DNA of 63,008 bases, the filler included, from Stramenopiles sp. TOSAG23-6 (lineage: Eukaryota), in assembly GCA_900128565.1 (NCBI GenBank). It is 50 parts of 50 records of this genome, joined end to end, with 100 filler letters (N's around TTAATTAATTAA, not from the genome) between each part and the next. Parts side by side here need not be neighbours in the genome. Positions count along the whole stretch, not along the records: positions 1 to 1,173 come from LT639539.1; positions 1,274 to 2,444 come from LT639540.1; positions 2,545 to 3,715 come from LT639541.1; positions 3,816 to 4,985 come from LT639542.1; positions 5,086 to 6,255 come from LT639543.1; positions 6,356 to 7,524 come from LT639544.1; positions 7,625 to 8,793 come from LT639545.1; positions 8,894 to 10,062 come from LT639546.1; 42 more parts are not named here. One strand, 5' to 3'. This document shows positions 1 to 12,499 of the stretch, piece after piece. Below the pieces are notes generated by a model. The model had not been told where the DNA came from. It saw only the letters and a list, made by a program, of their open reading frames with translations, and searched no databases. The position numbers and the translations under genes are program-made. Each line of letters starts with the position of its first letter. Position 1 is the stretch's first letter.

Positions 1-6
1 TCACTT

Positions 7-554
<548 letters not shown>

Positions 555-715
555 TAAATTTTTTTACCAAAAAAAAAAAAAAAAAAAAAAATATTAGGTA
601 CGAAATTTCGTACTAAAAAAAAAATTATAAAAAAATTATATATTCAATTTCAAATCTTTCAAATCTCAAAATCAAAAATGTAGAATTCATAATAATCATT
701 TTTATTTAACCCTAA

Positions 716-995
716 CCCTAATTCATCCAATCTAGAAATAATAATGACAAACCTGCACTAACAAAAATCCCAAAAAGAATTTTTCGTGCTTCATTTCCTT
801 GAGAGGCTGCGGATTGCAAGTAGTGTGAAGAAATATTCCAATTTTTTTTTGTTTTTTGGTTAGGTACGAAATTTCGTACGAAAAAAAAAAACACGAAATA
901 TTCACATGAGTAAAAACATACAAAAGTTCTTTTGCCTTTTCAGCATCATTTGTTGCCCCTAACGCATTATCATATACATTATCTACCATGTCATG
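716..995 (-). CDS. C-terminal fragment of a Sel1-like repeat protein with a hydrophobic tail, split by intron 818-921
   Basis: Spliced product DMVDNVYDNALGATNDAEKAKELL|QSAASQGNEARKILFGIFVSAGLSLLFLDWMN* fits the Sel1 repeat consensus. Confidence 0.65.
818..921 (-). mobile_element. Introner-family intron, GT...TT boundaries, TT duplication
   Basis: CTT TT|GTATGTTTTT...CGTACGAAATTTCGTACCTAAC...CACACTAC-TT|G CAA; removal restores the Sel1 repeat. Confidence 0.75.
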
Positions 996-1217
996 TTTTT
1001 TTGTACAATATTTCAATTCTTTTTTGTTAGGTACAAAATGTCACAAAAAAAAACCCTAACCCTAACTAAAAAAAACCCTAACCCTAACAAAAAAATTGAT
1101 TGATGAAAACAAAAAAATTGATTGATGAAAACAAAAAAATTGATTGATGAAAACAAAAAAATTGATTGATGAANNNNNNNNNNNNNNNNNNNNNNNNNNN
1201 NNNNNNNNNNNNNNNNN

Positions 1218-1229
1218 TTAATTAATTAA
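1218..1229. other. Artificial contig spacer TTAATTAATTAA flanked by Ns (first of 49, recurring every ~1.25-1.27 kb to 61801-61812)
   Basis: Identical six-frame-stop linker between N runs; spacing decreases monotonically, so contigs are sorted by length. Confidence 0.99.
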
Positions 1230-1357
1230 NNNNNNNNNNNNNNNNNNNNNNNNNNNNNNNNNNNNNNNNNNNNTTGGAAAAATATTTCAAAAAAAATCGT
1301 TAGGTACAAAATTTCGTACGAAAAAAAAACTCGATTTTGAAAAAAAATAAAACACAC

Positions 1358-1474
1358 ATTTTCTGCTAGAGCATCTAATTTAGAAAGTCTTCGTTGCGCT
1401 TCTCTCGCTCTTGTAGAGAATTCATCAATTTTAGTTGTTTGGAATCCATCTGATTTTACACCACTTTTAATTTT

Positions 1475-1530
<56 letters not shown>

Positions 1531-2359
1531 AATTATCCTGTTTTTTCTGCAGATATAATGGAATGGTTTCGTTTATTCCTTTTTTTCTGTGTTCACGAAG
1601 CCATTGAGATACAAATGGTTCTTTCTCTTCTTCTTCTTCTTTTTCTTCTTTTTCTTCTTTTGATTCATTCATGTTTGTATAATCGTAATTCATGTTTGTA
1701 TAATCATAATTATCATTTGAATAGGAAGGAGAATTGTAATTCCCATAGCCTGAAGTATGATCATCAAAATTTCGAAAATTATACTGAGGCTTTTGAATAT
1801 TTTCACGTCTCTCATGATTGAATTTATTCCGAAATCGTTGATTGTCTCCATTAATGCCATAATAGTATTGATTAACATCTTCGCGTTGGATGTCAAAACC
1901 ATTACAACTATCTCTATATATTTGTTCGACGTTTTCTTCTTCATCTTCTTTGTTTTTAATCCAATCACCTAAAGTATGTATTTTGTAAAAATATTTCAAA
2001 TTGTTTTTTGTTAGGTACAAAATTTTTATAAAAAAAAAAATCGAAATTGAAAAAAAAATAAAACATACATCATTATTTTTATCAGAAAGAAGATGATCTT
2101 TGCGATCTTTCATTGAATTACTACATTTTTTGATTCTCTGTAAATTATGGTCTTGACGATTCCATCCCCGTCGTGTAGCTATTGCAGCTTCTCTTTCTGG
2201 ATCTTTATCATATTCTTCAATTTTGTGAATCATTTCATTTTCAAGTATATCGTGCTCCTCGATTTGGTGCTCACGAAGGTCAGATTCAAACCAATCAGAT
2301 AAATGTTTCCCATCTACTTTGAGTTTTTTTTCACATTGCCTTAGACGCTTAATAAGTCC
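1358..2359 (-). CDS. Fragment of an unknown acidic low-complexity protein interrupted by introner copies
   Basis: ORF 1226-2233 with a poly-Asp tract; introner at 1976-2068 and partial copies at both contig ends. Confidence 0.55.
1976..2068 (-). mobile_element. Introner-family intron, GT...AT, 93 nt, no in-frame stop
   Basis: AAT GAT|GTATGTTTT...TTTTGTACCTAAC...AAAATACAT|ACT TTA. Confidence 0.8.
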
Positions 2360-2708
2360 ATGTATTTTGGAAAAATATTCAAAAAAAACAAACTTAAATT
2401 TGTTAGGTACAAAATTTCGTACGAAAAAAAATCGATTTTTTTGTNNNNNNNNNNNNNNNNNNNNNNNNNNNNNNNNNNNNNNNNNNNNTTAATTAATTAA
2501 NNNNNNNNNNNNNNNNNNNNNNNNNNNNNNNNNNNNNNNNNNNNTTCACTTCGACGAAATCAGCGCACCATAGCCGTAGATAAGACACAAAATACGCGCC
2601 CAAACACCCGCACCTCCTGCAACCAAACAACGTCGCAGGATGCTGACATTTCGGCGAGCGAAAATGACGCAACTTGGATAAAGGTTACACGTAAGCGCAA
2701 ATCACAGC

Positions 2709-3715
2709 GTGCACACAAAAACCTCACCAACAATGCATCATCTTCCAAAACACACAAAAAACACAAATCGCGCACAAAATCACGCACTCCACCGCAAGAA
2801 AGCTACAAAACGTTCACGAACAAGCTCCAGATCCTCTTTAGAGGCATCTACAGTCACTCGCAAACGCCCTAAGAACAGCTCTCTAAATGCTACTGGTGAC
2901 ACCTCTCTACGGCTCACAGTTCCGCGGCAACCTATCGCAGATAATGCTGATGATACTCCAGAGCTTACGGATTCCCAACGTACTATCACTGAAGCAGATA
3001 GTACTTCTCAAGATGACACTGATTCCATAGAAACATCTAATTCTTCAAATCCAGTGAACCCTGAACAGGTAGTAGAGAATAACTCTACAAACCTTACAAC
3101 TGCTTCGCCTATTTCTGCGTCTACTGATCAACAACAAAATCCCCTTGTTATTGGTCCAGTAATCACTAATGCAACTGAATCTACTCCGCCTAGCCCCACA
3201 GGCACTCCGAGTAGTATGGATGAACAGGCATTAGACGACATGGCACACACTGTAGAAGCTCAAATAGCACATACTGCTGCAACACAACAACAACATATTG
3301 CAGCAGAACAACAATTTCTTGCCAGCACAGATGCTCATCTGGAACAACTTTCTCGCTTGGCTAATGCTCCTCAGGCGTCCCAATCACCTGAAGAACAGAC
3401 CACAATTTCCCCGTGGACGGCTGAATCCGAGAAAGCAATGCAAGATATTGTATCTAAACCAGGTTATACTGATAATTGGTCGGAGCTTGCATCACTCCTA
3501 AATCGACAGTTTCCAACTCACAACTTTCTACCCCAAAATGTAGCAAGAAAAGTTCGAAACTTTCGCCGTACACAGAACCAACAACAGCAAACCACGGGCT
3601 GGAAAAACAGTCCCATCCCGGATTCGACGATTCCTTATTCATATTTTGCAAATGTTCCATACACGGCTTATATGGTCACGAATTGTCAAACCCTTAAATT
3701 CATTCCTCGTCCTCT
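2709..3715 (+). CDS. Ser/Thr/Gln-rich protein fragment with a Myb/SANT-like motif
   Basis: WTAESEKAMQDIVSKPGYTDNWSELASLLNRQF...QNVARKVRNF resembles Myb Trp spacing; the true start is uncertain. Confidence 0.4.
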
Positions 3716-4201
3716 NNNNNNNNNNNNNNNNNNNNNNNNNNNNNNNNNNNNNNNNNNNNTTAATTAATTAANNNNNNNNNNNNNNNNNNNNNNNNNNNNN
3801 NNNNNNNNNNNNNNNGTTGGTTCATTACAACAATATTAACAATATTTAGTGTGTGAAGCGTATTTCTCGTCTATATAAATTTAAAAAGACTCTCTTGATA
3901 AGTATGCAACAACAGCCTAGCGATGAGGAAATAATGCGACATCAGATACATCAACAACGAATGTATTTCTTACAGCAACAGCAGGAACAACAAATACTCA
4001 TCCAACAACATCATCTACAACAGCAACAACAAACATTATTTCAAAGGTCAAACACACACACAAAGTGTATTCAGTATAACAAAAACTAGTTGCTAAACTA
4101 TTGATTACTTATATATATCTGTTAGTGATTACGCTGATTTACACAGAATACTTTGATTGCATAGAACTTTAAGTAGTGAAAAGATTCTTTCNNNNNNNNN
4201 N

Positions 4202-4451
4202 ATTAGAAATCTTTGAACATTTAAGACATATCAACGACCCAGAGCATCCCCTAACCCTAGAACAGCTAAAAGTCGTTCAATTAGACCTCATCAATGTTAG
4301 TGATGAAGATAATAAAGTATCTGTATCCTTCACACCCACCATACCTCATTGTAGTATGGCTACTCTAATAGGTCTTTGTATACGAGTGAAGTTGATAAGA
4401 AGTCTCCCACCTAGATTTAAAGTGGATGTGTTCATCACCCCTGGTACGCAT
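4202..4451 (+). CDS. CIAO2B: Cytosolic Fe-S assembly component CIAO2B/MIP18 (FAM96B), internal exon
   Basis: [23 protein letters not shown]...[41 protein letters not shown], followed by an introner donor at 4452. Confidence 0.9.
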
Positions 4452-5085
4452 GTATGTTTTGTTTTTTTCAATTTTTTGTCAATTTCGAATTTATTTTTTT
4501 TTTTATAGTAAATTCCGTACCTAACGTTTTTTTTTTTTACAATTTTTTTTAATACAATACAGGCATAGTGTATTGCTATATAAATTATCAAATTTGATTT
4601 TTCTTTTATACTGTTTTACACCCTAACCCTAACTTTATAAAAAATAAAGAATCGAACCGGGATAATATGTCCGTTATTTCTTTTGTACATGTGGGTAGGT
4701 ACTATGTATTTTTTTTTAATCGTATCTACCAGTTGGCACAGTAATATTATCTAGTATATCTATAGTATTATCCCCCAATAAATACACCAAGATCATAAGT
4801 AAGCTCCCATGCAATAGAAGAGCATTTATGAAGATTGTGTAATACTTAGTTGACTTTAAAAATATCATATTCAAAACTCAATTATAGTACAAGTAGGACT
4901 CTGATTACGGCAGAGCTTGTTCACAAGTTACACGATGATAAAAATGTACCTGTGTATCCTATTTTTTATATTGAGTACTGAGTACNNNNNNNNNNNNNNN
5001 NNNNNNNNNNNNNNNNNNNNNNNNNNNNNTTAATTAATTAANNNNNNNNNNNNNNNNNNNNNNNNNNNNNNNNNNNNNNNNNNNN

Positions 5086-5204
5086 TGACTTTGCAATTGT
5101 ATGACAACAAACTATCTGGTTCAATTTCTGCTGTAATTCCTGACCTGGATCAACTACCAAACCTATTGAAGCATGAATTGGTTGTGGACGAGCATAACAA
5201 ATGA
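5086..5204 (+). CDS. C-terminal fragment of a leucine-rich-repeat protein
   Basis: TLQLYDNKLSGSI matches the LxLxxNxLSGxI LRR motif. Confidence 0.5.
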
Positions 5205-5703
5205 AAGTCAGACATATTCCAGAAGTAGATCGAAGTAGATTCGAGTAGATGACAGGCTAAATGGAAGGTCAGTTGGAGTATTGAACCGGTATTGAAATTG
5301 CAAAAGTCACTAGTGCTTGATATATATATATAGTAAGGTTTCCTGAATCTTGGTTGTGATGATTCTGTTAATTATTTTTTTATTATTGTGTAATAAATAA
5401 TTCCTTATTATGAATATTATTTATTGAACAATTTTTTGAAATTTGTTTACAATGAAAAAAAGCGCCAAAACCTCCAACTTTATATACAAATTAAGTACAA
5501 ATATAATTTTAGATCTATATGAATATAGTCATTATGATGCTTTGTAAACATTCGTAAATTCGTGTCTTAGTGAGTACTCGCCGCCGATCTCGGAGGAGTC
5601 CAAGCTGATGAGATTGGTATTGTGTGTGTGTAGTAGTAGTAGTAGTAAAATACCTTAGCAGCATAATAAAAATAGTAAAATATGTATTTTTATGGATTTA
5701 AAT

Positions 5704-6247
5704 TTAAAAATTTGTCTTGTCGTTGTACCCATTCCAATTTATGATTGATTGAATACCATCAGAACAACATATTTCAAAACGTCGTTGATGTCCAAGTAAT
5801 TTTTCTGGGTCATAAATTCCAGATCCTGGAGGAAGTTCTGAAGTTGGAAAACCATAGTTTAAATATGCTGCTGTGCTTAACTGTCTTAGCTGGCCATCCT
5901 GTATTTCTTGTATTTCTTCTGCTTGGTTGTGTTGAACAGANNNNNNNNNNNNNNNNNNNNNNNNNCTCACCTTGTGACTGCCAGTATTCACATATGCCTT
6001 CCACTGCATTCATCAAAGGATGATAGCTGTACATCACCCACGCCATTCGCTCACATAAACACATCATGGTCGCTTTTGTTGGTTTTGCTGGTTTGAGTTT
6101 TGTTCCACGTATCAAGTCATCACACTTCATAGCAACACTCTTTTTCATTATGTTTTCTTGTGTACATGGTCCCGTTCCAATGGTTCCATGTTGTACTATT
6201 GATAGAATAATAAATATGTATAATCGTATGCCGAACTTACGACACAA
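5704..6247 (-). CDS. Probable secreted Cys-containing protein (gap inside)
   Basis: Hydrophobic N-terminus in ORF 5810-6247; probable continuation in ORF 5704-6009 across the N gap. Confidence 0.4.
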
Positions 6248-6355
6248 ATAAACCANNNNNNNNNNNNNNNNNNNNNNNNNNNNNNNNNNNNNNNNNNNNT
6301 TAATTAATTAANNNNNNNNNNNNNNNNNNNNNNNNNNNNNNNNNNNNNNNNNNNN

Positions 6356-7410
6356 AGTAATTCATATATTGTGAAACATATTTTTTTTTTTGTGTTTTTT
6401 TTTTTTTTTTTAAAAAATTCAAAAAAAAAAACATTAGGGAAAAAATTTCCTAAAAAAAAAAACAAAAAAAAAAAAAAAAATGAAAAAAAAACATACTTTT
6501 TTTGGACATAACGCAACACGAATAGCAAGATCAATTTCAGATGCAAATGCAGCTTGAAATCTTTGAGGAAATGAAAATTGTAATGGTTGTTGATGAAACC
6601 CAGACACATCAGCTGCTGTGATATTGCATTTATTGTGAAATAATAATTTTTTTTCTTTGATTTTGTTAAATTTTCATTTCAAAAAAAAAAATATTTTTTT
6701 TGTTCGATTTTGTTACTATTTTGTACAAAATTTTCATTTCGAAAAAAAACTATATATATTATTTAGGTACAAAATTTGGTATGAAACCATTTCAAAAACA
6801 CAAGTATGAAATAAACGTACATTCACGAGGAGTCTCCACCACCATTTTACCCTTTGTACCAATACATTCAATTCGATTATCATGTATTTTGAAACAATAT
6901 TTCAAAAAAAAAAAAAAAATTTNGTNAGGTACAAAATTTCGTACGAAAAAAAAAATAAATTCGAAATTGAAAACAAATAAAACAAACATATCCATAACAA
7001 GAATTTCTACACATTGAAATTGTACATAAAACTCCACTTTCAAATCGTAAATGCATCGATGCAGTATCAAGAATATTAGAATTTTTTAATTCTTTGATTG
7101 AAGATGATCCAGTCGCATATCTATACTACAGGAAAATATTTTTCAATTTTTTTTTTTTTTTTTTTTTTTGTTAGGTACAAAATTTCGTACGAATTTTTTT
7201 TTTTTTTTAATTTTTAAATTGAAAAAAAAAAAAAAAAAAATGAATAATTAAAATGTACACATCAATAGGTTCTTCATCTAACAACCATCGTGTGAAATCG
7301 ATATCATGTGGTGATAGATCCATAAATGGACATCCTCCTTTTAAAAGAAATTCAACAGGTGGACAAGGATTATCTCCAAAGAATATTCGTATAAATTGTA
7401 TATCACCAAA
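6356..7410 (-). CDS. Gfo/Idh/MocA oxidoreductase (myo-inositol 2-dehydrogenase-like), multi-exon fragment
   Basis: Spliced GGCPFMDLSPHDIDFTRWLL...IDV|YATGSS...YGY|DNRIECIGTKG...PRE|CNIT...FSFPQRFQAAFASEI; introns at 6364-6496, 6628-6820, 6882-6987, 7121-7258. Confidence 0.85.
6882..6987 (-). mobile_element. Introner-family intron, GT...AT
   Basis: GGA TAT|GTTTGTTTT...AAAATACAT|GAT AAT CGA restores the conserved YGYDxRxE motif. Confidence 0.85.
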
Positions 7411-8092
7411 TATTGTGAAGAAATATTTTTTTTTTGAAATTTAATTTTTTTTATGTTAGGTACGAAATTTACTACGAAAAAAAAAAAAAAAAAAAAAATA
7501 GACAACAGAATAATATTGAATATTNNNNNNNNNNNNNNNNNNNNNNNNNNNNNNNNNNNNNNNNNNNNTTAATTAATTAANNNNNNNNNNNNNNNNNNNN
7601 NNNNNNNNNNNNNNNNNNNNNNNNTATCTACAAGTCCGTTGGGGTCAGATGGACAATCCAAAAAGATACGACGCATGCGATTTATACCACCTTCGAAATG
7701 ATTGGTTATTTCTTCCCTTAGTCCTTCAAGAGGAAGCATAGAGTTCTGATCTATTTGTGACAACACTTCTGAAGGCTTTTGTGTAGAATATTGACCTAAT
7801 TTTCTACTTTGACAAAGTATTTCCGGGTCTGCTGTTGTGTTGACTCCAGGTTTTGTGCCAAGTGGAGGTGGGTGACTACGTAACTGCGGTTTTCCAAACG
7901 CTGTTCCTGAACTCTCGATGAATATTCTCGGCAGAACTTAAATATAGCCTAGGGTTAGGGTTAATTGTAATCAAAAATAATCACTTGAGACTAAAAAAAA
8001 CAAAAAAAACTGTGACATGTTCAACACCATTACCTTTTTCACTCTTATTCCATATAACCGGTAGCACTGACCTCTATTCATTTTATTTTATA

Positions 8093-8793
8093 ATGAGAGC
8101 GTTGAGGACGCTAACTACAGTGACGACAGCTTCTACAATTGGATATGTATTCTATGATTATATGACAATGTCAGGGATGCGCAAATTGCGAGGTTGGAAT
8201 ATCAAGGAATCAAAATGTCGTTTCCGAAACTTGTTATTTTCTACTTTTAATTGTGGTTCCATTTTATCCCTCCCTGAACTTGCTAATTTTGATGGAAAGA
8301 AAACTCCTCAAATCTATTTTAGTGCAAATGGCGTGATCTACGACGTTACTGATAGTGATGCATTTCAGTCAAACGGTGTATATGGTAAAATATTTGCTGG
8401 TAGGGATGGTACGAAAGCTCTATCTTTAATGTCTCTTGATAAAAAATATGTAAATAACCAGAACTGGAATTCTCTTTCACATGCAGACAAAAAAGCTTTA
8501 AATAATTGGACACTGTATTTTGATGAAAAGTATAAGCGTGTTGGCTGTTTAAAAGAATTTATAAACAATGAAAATTATATAAGTTCGAATAGAAGGTTTC
8601 TATTAGAAAATGCAAAGAATAAAAATGTAGAGACGCTAAACACTGGTATACAGTATACAGTTATCAAAAAAAATAATAATACTAAAATGAATATGCCTAA
8701 TGGTCAAGAATTGCTAAAAGAAAATAAAAAAAGACAGATACTAATAGAATATCAAGGACGTTTAGCTTGTGGAGATGGCTCATATTTTTGCTC
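8093..8793 (+). CDS. Cytochrome b5-like heme/steroid-binding domain followed by an FKBP N-terminal region (3' truncated)
   Basis: ELANFDG...IYFSANGVIYDVT...YGKIFAGRDGTKALSLMSL...LNNWTLYFDEKYKRVG, then FLLENAKNKNVETLNTGIQYTVIK...EYQGRL. Confidence 0.75.
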
Positions 8794-8893
8794 NNNNNNN
8801 NNNNNNNNNNNNNNNNNNNNNNNNNNNNNNNNNNNNNTTAATTAATTAANNNNNNNNNNNNNNNNNNNNNNNNNNNNNNNNNNNNNNNNNNNN

Positions 8894-9578
8894 GTGGAAA
8901 AATTGCAGCATTTTACTTGGATCCTTTTTCACGCCCTGTGGAGAAAATAGGTGGCGCATGGATGGATGTTGTTCGGGATAAATCTTCTATTGATATTCAG
9001 AATGGAATAGATCAATTACCTGTTGCTCATCTAGTACTTAACTTAACACCACCTACCAAAACATCTACTGTCCAAAATTCGCATCAAACAAGACCTACTG
9101 CACTGATGACATTTTCTGACATTCAGACTTTGTTTCACGAGTTTGGTCATGGTCTGCAACATATGTTGACTTGTGTACCTTATGCGAGTGTTCACATTTT
9201 GTGAAAAAAACTGTGGAACACTTAACAAGTCGTTTTTCAATTATTGACCCGATTTCGGAAGATAAATTCCTGAATTCGTTCAGTCATATATTTGCGGGGG
9301 GATATTCAGCTGGTTACTATAGCTACATATGGGCAGAGGTGCTTTCTTGTGATGCTTTCACAGCTTTTTGTAGCCCTAACCCTAATGAATCCGGAGAAAA
9401 TAATGATACTGATGGTGTTGTGCTCGTTCATGATGATGAATTAATTAAAACTGGTCGTAGATTTAGAAATACTTTTCTTTCAAAAGGTGGGGGTAGACAT
9501 CCTATGAACGTATTTCAGGATTTTATGGGAAGGTCTCCGAATATTAATTCTCTACTGAAAGATAGAGGATTATTATGA
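8894..9578 (+). pseudogene. Oligopeptidase A (M3 family) C-terminal fragment with an internal deletion/frameshift (pseudogene or artefact)
   Basis: [19 protein letters not shown]...[15 protein letters not shown] in one frame and FSHIFAGGYSAGYYSYIWAEVLS in another; the intervening ELPSQ region is missing. Confidence 0.7.
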
Positions 9579-10253
9579 TTTTATTATATATAAATTCGAA
9601 ATTCGTTAGGTACAAAATTTGGTACGAAAAAATATTATCATGATTTTATTATATATAAAGCGTTCACTNNNNNNNNNNNNNNNNNNNNNNNNNNNNNNNN
9701 ACATGTACGAACTGTATTTAAATCTATGAGATATTTTACACGTGCACTTATTGCTTCTTTTGCATATTTTAATTGAAGTAAAAGTTCTTCTCGACTCTGT
9801 TCAACTAATGGAGTTTTCGTTGGATTTATTAGACTTACTGGACTCTTTAATGGATTTCTTGGTTTATCTTTAATCTTTTGCTGTGGTAAATCATGTATAC
9901 TCTTCCTCACAGATGTTTTACTACTGTACATTTCATTAATTGCAGTATTTATAGATATCTGCTTTTCAGGCTCTAAAGTAGGTTTGCAGAGGTATTTGTA
10001 CGGCCAGTAACACTCATTCTTATCTAAATTTCCATCTATCTCGCGCAAAGCTTTTTCAAACGNNNNNNNNNNNNNNNNNNNNNNNNNNNNNNNNNNNNNN
10101 NNNNNNTTAATTAATTAANNNNNNNNNNNNNNNNNNNNNNNNNNNNNNNNNNNNNNNNNNNNGTTTTATTTTTTTGAATTTCGAATTTTTTTTTTCGTAC
10201 CAAATTTTGTACCTAACAAATTTTACAAACAAAAATATTTTTTCACAATACAT

Positions 10254-11281
10254 GACTTTTGGTGGCCTTGGAGCTGTCCTGAATGGCTTTCACTTCATGA
10301 TGTAGATCATGTGGTAGGTAGCACAAATATGAAATATCGAAAGTTACCCGGTTCCGTCACTTCCAATATAACAATAGCTGATTCTAATGTAGACATTAAT
10401 AAAAATGTTATTCTTAATGGTGATAAGCCCATAGTAGCTGCTTTTGTATCTGATTGTTTTGCTCGAAAAAGATTTCATTATTTACATGAACTTTCAAAGT
10501 TAGTTCATGTACGTTTTCATCATGAATTTAAATTTTATTTTTTTGGTACAAACAATTTTTTTTTTTTCATACAAAATTTTTTTCATACAAAATTTTTTAC
10601 CTAACATTTTTTTTTTAATATTTTTTTCAATTTTTTTTTCACAATGAATGTACACTCCTTTGGTGCATGTTTACAAAATCAAGATCTTGAATTCAGAAAA
10701 GGTACCAATGTCTTAAAAGAATCCCAAATTGATTTTGAGATACGAAAATCATTTCATCAAAAGAGTTTTCGTGTCAGGAAAATTGAAACTNNNNNNNNNN
10801 NNNNNNNNNNNNNNNNNNNNNNNNNNNNNNNNNNNNNNNNNNNNNNNNNNNNNNNNNNCTAACAAATTTAAAAATTTTTTTTTTGAAATATTTTTCCAAA
10901 ATACATTTTATCTTGCCTATGAAAACTCAGAAATTGAAAATTATGTGACTGAAAAAATTGTTGATGGTTACCTTTCAGGGTCAATGCCAATGTACGTTTT
11001 TATCATAAATTTAAAATTTATTTCTTTTGTTTGGTACGAAATTTTGTACCTAATATTTTGTTTTTTTTTGATGATTTCATCATGAATATTTTGTACCTAA
11101 CAAATATCAAAATGTAAAACATTAAAACATATTTTTTCATGAACATTTATTACGGTGCAACAAACCCTAAACAATATTTAGGAGACTTACCCATGTTAGA
11201 TCTAAGAAATCTTCGAAATACGTCTAAAGCAAAGAATGATATCAGAGAAGCAATTCAAAGAGTAAAACATTCCTTGGGTAT
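10254..11281 (+). CDS. GT10 alpha-1,3-fucosyltransferase-like fragment, multi-exon
   Basis: AAFVSDC...ELSKLVH|VHSFGAC...FYLAYENS...YVTEKIVDGY...SMPI|YYGA; GT...AT introns at 10509-10649 and 10992-11146. Confidence 0.85.
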
Positions 11282-11823
11282 GTATGTTTTATTTTTTTTT
11301 CAATTTCGAATTTATTTTTCATACGAAATTTNNNNNNNNNNNNNNNNNNNNNNNNNNNNNNNNNNNNNNNNNNNNTTAATTAATTAANNNNNNNNNNNNN
11401 NNNNNNNNNNNNNNNNNNNNNNNNNNNNNNNTGGGAAGAATTTAAATTGAGAAATTCACCACGTCCACTATTACCTACGTAGTAATAGTACAAAACGAAT
11501 ACAATATTTAATTGAAAAATAAAAGATTCATTACTACTCAAGTGTTCAAATTGTTTTATGGTATTTTATGGTATTTACTAATTACTATTCTATTCTCGTT
11601 TTCTTGGGCTAAAAGCAAATGGTTCGATTTTTTCCGAATTGTTTTTGTAACAACCTGATGTTCACGTCAAAATCTATCCGTTTAAATCCGTTAACTTGGT
11701 ACTAGTCAGGGTAGCAAATTTACTCAGCTCTCTGCTTACTGTAGCAGACTCGAGTTCTGCTACCACAAAGGAACGCTATTATTCATAAAAAATCTTTGGA
11801 CGTTTTCTGGTTATCATTGCGCC

Positions 11824-12499
11824 ATGAGGATTATGCGATCTCTGCTATTGTTTAATATGCTATGTTATACAATTATTCATCAAGTGAGTTCAATGCTACC
11901 CAGTTGTGAAAAATTGTTCGACATTGTTTTTGTAAAAGAAAACGAATCCTGTCCTACATTAAAAAAACTGATTCCCACACTTCAACTACAGTGGGTCCTG
12001 AAGGATTCTTATAATGGTACATTTCCTAAGAAACGTTTTAAAGGTTATGATTATTCTCATAAAAAATTTAATTGGGATCAATCGTTGGCCCGTGCACGGT
12101 GCTGCGCAAAATTGGAACAAGTCAAAAACGTTTGCAAAGCCGAATTGAAAGATCTTGAAACTTCTTCTGAGAAAGCTTCTTCCGCAACGCAAAAAACTAC
12201 GCTTGCTCCAGTGTTTTTGGAACGTAAGGATCTCGATGATTCGCTAAAGCAACAGTGGGGGGTGTCCGAGCTGGCAATAGAAGATCCAGAACAAGTTCGA
12301 CAAGTTAAAATAAACAAAGTGAAACATTATTGGTATATACTAAATACGATGGACGCTTTTTGTGATAACGAAAGTACACTTGATTTCAACAATAATCAAG
12401 GATTATGTAGAGTGATTATCGATGAAGCATATAATCGTGATTCTGGAATTTGCTTTCCTATTAAAAACGATTTGGGTCCTATACCATCAGATGTAGTAC
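11824..12499 (+). CDS. Unknown secreted protein, first exon; introner at 12500-12590
   Basis: Signal-peptide-like N-terminus; the ORF runs into GTACGTTTT...AAAATACAT. Confidence 0.55.

Noticed and set aside
4249-4259. Telomeric insertion in CIAO2B (CCCTAACCCTA)
   Set aside because: Encodes the conserved PLTL motif, so it is not an insertion, although the codon choice matches the repeat
4452-4590. Stop-codon reassignment suggested by GCA TAG after the CIAO2B intron
   Set aside because: The downstream sequence does not resemble the expected CIAO2B C-terminus, and UFM1 and Bud32 end normally at TAG; the remaining exon is unresolved
6304-7070. Short Phe/Lys-rich ORFs with recurring [15 protein letters not shown] or LGTKFRTKK peptides as a protein family
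   Set aside because: These are translations of the repeated intron in different frames
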